From Chromera velia (Eukaryota), in assembly GCA_018398765.1 (NCBI GenBank), contig JAHBMJ010000514.1, positions 1 to 45,827 on the forward strand: 45,827 nt of DNA, read 5' to 3'. Shown piece after piece: positions 36,701-45,827 of this stretch. Below the pieces are notes generated by a model that searched no databases, was not told the origin of the DNA, and worked only from the letters and a program-made list of their open reading frames with translations. Numbering within the stretch: the stretch's first letter is position 1; each line of letters opens with the position of its first letter. The position numbers were made by a program, and so were the translations under genes.

Positions 36701-39700
36701 GGTCTGTGCATGTGTGCATTCTGATTGATGGATCGATTTGCGTCCTTTTCCCTCTCTGTCTCTCTCTTCCCCTCTCTCTCTGTGTGTGTGTGCGTGTGTG
36801 TGTGTGCGCGCGCGCGTGCGTGCATGTGTCTGTGTCTCTGGATGAGTGTTTGCAGAAGCAAACGTCCGCACGCAGGTCTAAAAGTATGCTCCCGTAACTG
36901 TAGGCCACGACTCACTTGTATTTGCGTACATGATTCTGTCTATGTTTCTCAATCCCAATACATCTTTCTTTTGTGGATGCAGATGGAAGACCGGCATGCC
37001 CGGGAGGCAGAGGAACGGTGGCAACGCGAGGAGGCAGAGAGGCAAAAGAAGAAGGAAGAGTGAGTGGGTCGAGAGGGGAAAGAGGGTGTAGAGAAGAGGT
37101 GCTCATACACATCGGTGTCAAATGGCTGCCTCTCTCTTTCACTCCACTCGTTTGTCCTTCTTTCCCTTCCAACTGCAAGCTCTCCCTGACTTCCTCCCCC
37201 TATTTTCTGTTGGATGGATGGATGGATGGATCGTTTGATCTCCACTGACCCCTTTCTTCTTTGCTCTCTCTCTCTCTCTCTCCCTGTCTCTCTCCCTGTG
37301 CAGAGACGCCAAGCGAAGGCCCCAACAAGAGGCGGAGGCGCGACGCGTTCGGGACGGGTACGTGAGTGGATGCGGGGGGTAGAGTAGAAAGGGAGGGTGC
37401 TTGAGTTCTCTCTGGATGGATGGATGATTGTGGGGGATTTTTGTCTCTTTCAATCTTAATTGAGAGGAGCTGTGCGGGAAGAAAATCTGCGTGCATCTGT
37501 TTTGGCTTCTGTTCTTTCAGAGGCACGTCTGATTGGAAAACTGAAAAAAAAAATGACGGATTCTTTTGTGTCCCAAAAGACCGACTAGCCGATACCGGAG
37601 CTTCTTTTGTCTTTTCTGCACCCCCGCTTCTTTGTACATGGTGCCTTTCGTTCTGTGTGTCTGTGCAGATACGCCCGTGTTTTGAGAGAGCAGCGTCTCC
37701 GAGAGGAGAGAGACAGGACGGGTGGGTGGAGCGGGAGCGACGACGACGACGAAGAGGACAGCAGAGGCGCGATGGCTTCCATGTACAGACCCTCTACGAA
37801 CGCAGCTGCAGGAACTCGCGGGGGCCACGGCATCGGAGCGGGGGCCACGGTCGGTCCCGCCGGCAGTAAACTGCGGGGACAGCCGGCCTCGCCCGCGTCA
37901 TCCCGTCCGCACTCCCCCCCCCACTCCCCGCGAGTGGTGTCGAAGGATTTCCAGTCCTCTTCTCGTCGAGCAGGTGGGGGGAGAGAACTGAGTGCCTCCA
38001 CGGGTCGGACAGGCAGAGGAGGAGGAAGGACGCGCGAGACGATCGCAGGCCCCCCCCGGGGGGGATTGAGTCCGCATCCCGAGGAAGAGGAAGAGGGGGA
38101 GTCAATGGAAGAGGGCGCGGGGGGGAGTTTTGATTTCGAGTTGGATGGGGGGGTTGATGAGCACTCGCCTCCGTTGATGTCGTCCTCGGAGGGCAGTTCT
38201 TGCACGTCCTCGTCTCTCTCAGGGAGACAGCAGAGACGGCGAAGTCGCAGGACAGGCACAAGATCACACTCGCCCCCCCCCACAAGGTCGAAAAAGTCCC
38301 CCGACTCTCCGCCTTCTCCGTCTCCTCCCGCGTCTGCTGGTCGATCTTCACGATCCAAGAAGGAGAAGAGAAAGGACAAAGAGAGAGAAAGGGGAAAGGG
38401 GAGTGCCTCAGATGGCAGCTCTTCTCTGTCTGCAGGTGCAGCACACAGACGGGGGGGGAGAGGCGGAAAAGAGAGGAAAGCAGAAAGAGAGAGGGAGAGG
38501 GGGTTCGGAGAGGTGACAGATGAGGACTTTGTGCAATCAGACCCGACGGCGCAGAAGGTTGGTCCGTCAGTCTGTTAAAATGCCTCTTTCTCTTTTTGCA
38601 ACGTCTCTCTGTCTCCATCCCTGCTTGTACTGGTATGTGCAACTGTCTTTTTGTGTGAGTCTGCCTTCGACAAAAAAACCATGAAGTGACACATTCACAC
38701 ACACACACATGCACACGCATGTGAATCCGTACAAGCGAATGAAACATGTCTGTCTGTCTCTCTGTTATCAGTCTTGTCACTCTCATTTCCACAGGGTCCA
38801 AAAGAATGACAAGAGAAATGCTCTCACTTTTTTTCGTTTCCTCCCCCTCCCTATCTGCAGCGCCCACGGCGGGGACAGCGTTCTGGTCGTTTGAATGGGG
38901 ACTCTGGAGACGGCGAGGCATTAGGTCGAGAGGACGGAAGGGGCCCAGGGCGTCAGGGCCGGGAGCTGAGGAGCCGTTCCATTCCAAGAGGGGGCGAGGG
39001 GGGCCTGGGGTTGGGGGGACAGGGGGGGAGAGGGAGAGGGAAGGGGCGGTATGAAAGAGAAGACAGCGATTTCCAGGGAGCAAGAGGAGTAAGGGGAAGG
39101 ACACGAGGAGAGAAAGTACGGACAGACGAGGAAGAGGAAGCAGGTGCGTTTGTCTGTGCGTTTCGATTTCCTTTGTCAAACACAGGGTTTCTTCTCCGTG
39201 TGTGTCTTTCTTTGTGTGCCGCTGCGGGTTTAGCTCGCGCTTCAAACACAGGGGAAAAGATCTGACCATCTGCGTGTTTGCCACTCCTTGCAAGTGTGAG
39301 ATAGTCGACTGCCGCGTCCATGGCTGAGTTCTCGCTTCCTGTAGCTGTGCCTGTAAGACTTTTTGACAGACCAGATTAGTCAAATTGTAGTTAATTTTCA
39401 CTCCGCTTGTCCCCCCATGTCTGCAGACGTGGAAACGGCAGAGAACGAGAAGGACGTGGAGAGAGCACTCAATGGCAGCAGGTCAGTCAGTGAGGGAGTG
39501 TCTGCCTGACCGAGTAGGTGCTGTGCGCCTTTTTGGCGGAAACGTGAGCCACAGAGTCAAAGCAAGATCCTGCCTGCGTTCTAGCTGTCTCTGGGGCCAA
39601 AGCTTCCTTGCATAAATTCATGCAAGTGCCAAAGCTTCCTTTGTTGCATAAAAAGCCGAAGGAAGCTGCTTTGTCTCGTCGTATGTCGCTCTTCGCAACT

Positions 39701-42700
39701 TTGTCCCCTCTCCTTGTCTGTGCCGGGGATCATTCGCGTTGAACTAAGGAAGGGCTGGTTGGTCTCTTTCTGCTTTCCGACCAGGGCCTTCGTACAAATT
39801 TTTGTTGTAGTGCGATGAATCGGTTCTTTACAACCAAATCCTCCCTTCCTTGCTGTGCGTTCGTTCAGATACTTTAGTGACTTTAAATTCATCAAGGAAC
39901 TTGGAAGAGGCGCTTTTGGGTCAGTCACTCAGTGGCTGCTTCTCTGTGTTGTCCGTGTCTCCATCTGTCTGTCTGCTTGTCTGTCTAGCTTGTGTTTCTT
40001 TTTTTTATGTATTTGTTGTTGTACTGCAGGCCCGTCTGCCTGTTTGTTAGCCTTTCTGTGTTTGTCTGGAAGCTTGTCGGACGCTTTTTTGCTTGCTGCC
40101 TTTCTTCTTTCGTCTCCTCTCCTGTCTTCTCGATCTTCTCCAGCCCCCCCCTCTTCCTTCCATTTCTCTTCAGCAGGAGAGAGACAGGCTGCCTGCCTTT
40201 GTTCTTGTTAGCAAAAAAAGAGCAGAACGCACAATAAGGTATCTATCACATTGAATGAACCTCACTCACTCACTTCCTGCCTGCCTGCAGGGTTGTGGTG
40301 AAGGTGAAGCACAAGGTAGACAAGCGGTTCTACGCGATCAAGAGGGTCGAGTTGGTGGATGACGCCGAAACCAACAAAAGGATTCTGCAGGAGGCAGCGA
40401 TGCTTCCCAGACTGCAGCATCCGCACATCGTTCGGTCAGTCAGTCAGTTAGTCAGTGAGTCAATTAATGAGTGAGTGAGTGAGCAAGTGGCTGTGTCAAG
40501 CAACCAGGCCGGCAGAACATCGAAAAAGGCGTGCTGAGTTGGACGCGAGCGTCTGACTTTAGAGAGGTCGAGCCCAAGAAAAAGATGGGGAGGCCCAGCT
40601 CAGTGTATCAGGAGATCAGGCAGCTGTTTCATGAATCCAAAAACAATTTACTCGATTGACCTCTTGTAGGCTCACGGCATCAATCGATTCAAATAGTTGT
40701 AAAAGAGAGGGTCTGATTTCTCTCACGAACAGAAAAAGTTAGTAACTCGCCCGACATCGATTGAACTTTTGCCTTCATTCTTTCTTCCGCCGCTTTCTTC
40801 CTTTCCCCCCAACCCCCCTTTATCTGCACCCCCTCTGCCTCTGCAGATACTACCAGGCCTGGATAGAGAGTGACGTCCTCGGGCTGTTCGGGTCTGTGCG
40901 GCCCCAGAGCGGAGGCGGGGCGCCGGGCGGGCGGTTCAGGACGCAGGTGGCGGGTGCCGCCACCGGAGTTCCCCTCGGGCAGAAGGGAAAGGGGGGCCCG
41001 AGCCTGAACGTGAGGGGCGCAGTCTCCTCTCTCCATGCAGGGGGCGGGGGTAGACCGGGAGTAGGCAGCAGGGGGGCGAGGGGCTCAGAAGCAGCCGTGG
41101 GGAGAACAGGGGGTGCAGCGCTGCCTGCCCACACGCTCCCTCAGTCCATGGAAATGGAGGGCACTTCCTATGCAGGTTCGTTGGTTCGTTGTTTTGTTGG
41201 CAGATAGAGGCATTTTGGCATGGATGCATTGTTGTCTGTATCAGATCGACCAGTCTGCTTTTCTTACCTCTTTCAAGGTCTGTGCGTGCGTGCGCACGAG
41301 CAGAAGCTGACAAGCTAGTGGTTATGACTTGTTGTGACTGCGTATCTGCTCACAAGCAAATTGGAATGTGTATCCGTTGGTGTGTGCCTGCGTGCAGGTG
41401 ACTGGCTGTCTTCGGAAAGTTTCGCCCCTGCTCTGATGGTCGGGGGTGTCGGTGGCTCTCTGCTGATGGGAGGGTCGGGTCTGCCTGTGCACCTGGAGAC
41501 GGACAGTCTGGGGATGTCGAGAGGAAGAAATCTGAAGGGGGGAAAGAGGAAGGGGGGGGGCATGAGGGCAGAAGGGGCGGATCTGTCGGGCAGGTACGTG
41601 ATAAGAAGAAGAAAAAGACTTACTGCAAACGAAGATTTCTCGCATACTGCTGTCATTTCTTTCAGATAAATAGATGGACAGATAGACAAACAGAAGAGCG
41701 ACGCTGTTGCACGACCAGACCGCTGGGGTAGAAGAAGAAGGACGAAAAGCAGACTTTGTTCGCAGATGGGATGAAAGAAAGGGGCAGGGGTTCCTTGAGA
41801 GAAGGACTTACCGACAAGGATGTAATTTGCGCACTTTTGACGTTCTCATTGGCCCATCCAGATTTTTACCTCCTGGCATGTGTTGAAACGGATGTGAATG
41901 CATCTCATCTGTGTGCATATGCAGTCGAGACAGAGGCGGCAAGCGAGGAGGTGTGGCTGCGCGGTTGAGGGCGCAGTCAGACGACCCACTCCCCTTCCGG
42001 GGGCTCCGGGCGGATGCTTCCGATCCACCAGAGGGGGGTCGGGAGAGGGGGAGGCAGAGGCGCAAGGGAAAGGGAGGAGAGGGGAAGAAGAAGGGGAACG
42101 AAAACTCTGACGAAGGGGATGAGGAGGAAAGACGGAGCAGTTCACTCAGCCGGAGCTTTTCTTTTGATAGAGACGGGGCAGGAGGAGGTACCAGCAGAAG
42201 AAGGTGGGGGGGGGGTTTCTGTTTGCGTGCCGCCTCCTCGAATAATTCATTCATGACATTGATGGATGCATGGTTGTTGCTCGGAGTCGTCTTCGAGTTT
42301 TTCAATTTCTGGACTTGACGATGGATACCCTGGTCTGTCTGTCTGTCTGTCTGTCTGTGTGTCTCTCTGTCTGTCTTCACCTCTCCTTTCTTGCTTCGCC
42401 TCCTTTCTTTCCCATCCTTTTGGTTGCGTGTGCGCCGGTTGGTTTTTTGTGAGTTTTGTGTGATTTGTTTTCCTTTTGGTTTGTTGATTGATATTGTCTT
42501 CAGGTCTGTCCATTTGAGTGACGGTGACGCCGAGGGTTCTCTTTGTCTGTTCTTCTCGGACGACGAGGAGCATGATGAGGAAGACTGGAGAGAATTTTTT
42601 GAAAATGCGACGGGGGATGAGTGGTCAGTGAGCTGCTTCGCTTGGGTGGAGGGGGGGTAGGATCTTCCCTCAAGTTTGACAGTCCCCTTAATTTCTTTGT

Positions 42701-44381
42701 TTGTTCCTTTCACTTTGTCTTTGGCGCCATCTCTTTCTCTCTCTCTCTTCTCTGTGTATCTGTGAGTGTGTTGCTGCATCAACGGACGCCCTGTTTGTTT
42801 CATGTCCGCTGGGTGTTTTTTGCTCGTTGCACCTCATCTGATTTCATTTCAGGAGCCCTGGAGGGAGGCACGGCAGGAAGAGAAGAAGTCTGAGCAGACA
42901 GCACAAGGACAGCAGGGACCTCTCCGGGGTGGGTATGGAGAGGTCTCTGTCGTTTTCCTCCCGAGAGAGCGACTCCCCCCCTCCCTCCCTAGCGTCTTCA
43001 AGCGAGGCAGACGACCTAGTGGAGTTCCAGAGGGACGAGGAGGAGGAAGAGGAAGAGGCAGCACAGAAGGTGAGAGAGAATTCAGAGAGGGGAAGGGGGG
43101 GGGTTCGAGGGACTCTCTCTGTCTCTTCCTTCCTTCCTTCCTTCCTTCCTTGCTTCCTTCCTTCCCTCCCTCCCTCCCTCCCTCCCTCCTTCCTTCCTAC
43201 CTTCCTTCCTTCCCTCCTTCCTTCCTTCGTTCCCTCCCTCCCTCCTTCCTTCCTTCCTTCCCTCCTTCCTTCCTTTCTGCCTTCTCGTTGTCCCTGCCTG
43301 ACCCTTTCCTCCTGCCGTGTACCCCTCCACCTCGCTCTTTCCCGCGCAGCTGGTTTTGTCTAGATGTGTCTAGGTGTGTGTGTGTGTATGTGTGTGTAAT
43401 TTGTTAAGCATATGTTCCTGCTTCTCTTTTTTCTTTCTGTTGATGCAGAAGGACAGGGACAAAGAGAGGGAGGCAGGAAGGCAGCAGAAGGGAAGAGAGA
43501 GGGACTCCATACAACAGCCTCCGGGTGGTGTCCCCACGAGAACGAAGGCGGCAAGGGGAGACAGAGAGAGAGACAGGCCCCCCGCGTTCCCTCGAGGCAC
43601 AAACCTGAACGGTCTCGGCCCTGCGAGTGGAGCACTGGACAGGGAGAGCCGAGGGGACCCCCCGCCTCCGAGACAATTCCTCTTCATCCAAATGGAATTC
43701 TGCGAAGGTCGGCACGCATCAATAATTGGTTCACAAAACTTGTTTACGTGCCTTTTGTAACTTTCAACGCCCTCTTTCTCTGGGCGTTCGGGCAGGCCTT
43801 TTCGCGCTCTCTTCAGCTTTTTGATTCGACTCTCTCTCTTTAGCTGTTTGATAAGGGGACATCCTTCTTCCTCACTCAATTGTTCGGGGACTCTGACTGC
43901 ATTGGAACAAAGCCACACACGACCTTCCGCTGTGCTGACCGCTGCAGTAGTTGGCTCCATGACTCCCTCTGTGAATTGCCCGGTCAAACAATCAGTCAAT
44001 GACTTGGTCCATCAATAAACCCATCCACGCTCGAAAAAAAAATGAGTGGATTCCAACGCGTACGAAATAATGAATGAATGGAGGGATGAATGGATGGAAA
44101 CATGAATTGTTGAGTGGAAGGGAAGGATAAATCCGTCCATCGACATGATCGCACCCATGCACACTCAGGTCACACCCTCCGTGAGGCGATTGACGACGAG
44201 ACTCGCGAGATCCTCTCCGAGAACGACGCCAAGTGGAGGTGCTTCAGACAAATCTTGGAGGCCCTCCTGCACATCCACATGGTATGTTTGTCTTCTGTGG
44301 GCCTTTCTTTCTTTCTTTCTTTCTTTCTTTCTGTCTGTCTGTCTGTCTTTCTGTCTTTCTGTCTGTCTCTCTGTCTGTCTC

Positions 44382-44412
<31 letters not shown>

Positions 44413-44445
44413 GTCTGTCTGTGTGTCTGTCTGTCTGACTGTCTC

Positions 44446-44476
<31 letters not shown>

Positions 44477-45809
44477 GCGTCTCCGGTGGTCTGTTCTTCG
44501 TGTTGTGCTGAAATCCGACTTTGTCTGTCCCTATCAACATCCAAAAGGATCGCAAAGATTTCGTTTGCAAAAGCGGATTGCATTGCGGTCTGTGTGACTT
44601 CCTGAGTGATCAAATCTTAAGGGATAGCCATGCGGGCTGCAGGTACTCCAGCTTCCATTTGTATGTATAACACGAATGAATGAATGTGTGTGCAGAAGAA
44701 GACGATCCACAGGGATCTGAAGCCCTCGAACATCTTCCTGGAGAAGTCCCAATTCTCCCCCTCGGCATACGACGTCAAGTGCGGGGACTTCGGCCTCGCC
44801 ACCCTGCTCCGGTCAGGCAGGCAGGCAGAGAGTCGGGGGATGGGTGCGTGCAAAAGTCTATTAAATCTGTGCGTGCGTCCGTCTTCTGTTTGGATGTCCT
44901 CTTCTTTCCCGCTCTGCTTCGCCTTTTCCCCCTTCCTTTTTTCGCGAGACGGGAAAGGGGGTTTCTCTCCGGATTCATCAAGCGTGCCCTGGAAAATCGC
45001 ACAAAGAAACCGAATTTTAGGGGGGTCATTCACCAGCGAAAGATAGACACGGAGTGGGTTTAGCCGATTAGGTCAGTGTACGTGTGGAAAAAAATGTGCA
45101 GTGGGAGAGTGGAAATATTCAGGCTTTCATCATTAGTGTCTGCTTGCGGAAAGTTTCTGTGTGCAGACAAACGAGGAGACCGTCAACGCGTCCCGAAGGA
45201 GAGCTGGAAGCAGAAGGAAACGGAAAGAAAGGGGAGGCTGATGTAGAAACGAGGCAATACCTGAAGCAGGGAGAGCAAGGAGAAGAGGGGGCGGGAGGGA
45301 AACGGGGGAGAGGAGGCAAGCTCAGAGGAGAGAAGGACAAGGAAAAGGGGCAAAACCAGAAAAATGCACTCGGAGGTGGCGGGGGGGTCGGAGCTTCTGC
45401 AAACCTCTCGGCAGGTAGGTCTGTCTGCAGGGCTTCGGATGGAAGAATCCACCCATGGTTGCAGGCATACTCTGCTGGTTCAATCGGTCAACATCCACTT
45501 AATTGTTTCTTTTCATCCCTTTGCTTCCTTTCCACTCTGTCGTCAACCTTCCTTCTTTGCTCCCTCATTTCGTCTCCTCTTCTGCTGGATTTATTGGCAG
45601 AGACAGACCTCCCTGCGACGCTCTCGTTCGCAAATATACGCACAGACAAGACGATGGGGCAAAAAGGAATAAAAATTGTGTGCGGTCCTTTCTTGCTTCT
45701 ATCTGCTAATGTCTGCAATCTTGCAGGTGTGGGGACAGTCTTCTACATCGCCCCGGAAGTTCAGGAAGGGAAGGAATACAACGCGAAGGCCGACATGTTC
45801 TCTCTCGGG
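33745..45809 (+). CDS. GCN2: GCN2-like eIF2-alpha kinase (RWD plus kinase domain), 3' end outside the window
   Basis: Phase-consistent exons: 33745-34327, 34730-34820, 35290-35341, 35593-35649, 35924-35973, 36183-36287, 36608-36701, 36983-37059, 37304-37357, 37669-38557, 38861-39143, 39427-39481, 39869-39919, 40291-40434, 40847-41175, 41398-41593, 41925-42203, 42504-42623, 42853-43069, 43449-43707, 44169-44281, 44696-44811, 45167-45414, 45727-45809 (1515 codons). RWD motifs: EIEAAQSIY, YPRTRP, GDEVIYEL, LYEEM. Kinase motifs: SRYFSDF, LGRGAFG, YAIKR, LQHPHIVRYYQAWIE, LFIQMEFCE, IHRDLKPSNIFL, GDFGLA, GVGTVFYIAPE, KADMFSLG. Confidence 0.9.
43125..43277. repeat. (CCTT/CCCT)n microsatellite in a kinase intron
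   Basis: Read directly from the sequence. Confidence 0.9.
44303..44477. repeat. (TTTC)n-(TCTG)n microsatellite in a kinase intron
   Basis: Read directly from the sequence. Confidence 0.9.
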
Positions 45810-45827
45810 GTGGGTGGGTGGGGGGGG

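Noticed and set aside
37794..39401. 535-aa minus-strand ORF and other antisense ORFs over kinase and kinesin exons
   Set aside because: Shadow frames of GC-rich plus-strand exons, with no motifs of their own.

Overview
Eukaryotic, intron-rich, microsatellite-laden DNA with GT-AG introns (many GTCAGT donors) and TGCATGCA clusters. This is consistent with an alveolate such as a chromerid, which is my inference and not verified. Two clear multi-exon genes flank the window: a kinesin-1-type heavy chain (+, 993-8215, 12 coding exons, about 922 aa by my manual splicing) and a GCN2-like eIF2-alpha kinase with an RWD domain (+, 33745 to beyond the window end, 24 exons visible). Between them lie about 25 kb of accessory sequence. 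It holds a fragmentary minus-strand gene bracketed by a 176-bp direct repeat and split by a 5-kb (TTTC)n satellite, an intronless 471-aa orphan ORF, a zf-MYND pseudogene, and a 7.6-kb segment bounded by 46-bp inverted repeats. Several blocks look C-to-T hypermutated (CA>TA / TG>TA, RIP-like). Most long ORFs in the supplied track are microsatellite artefacts.
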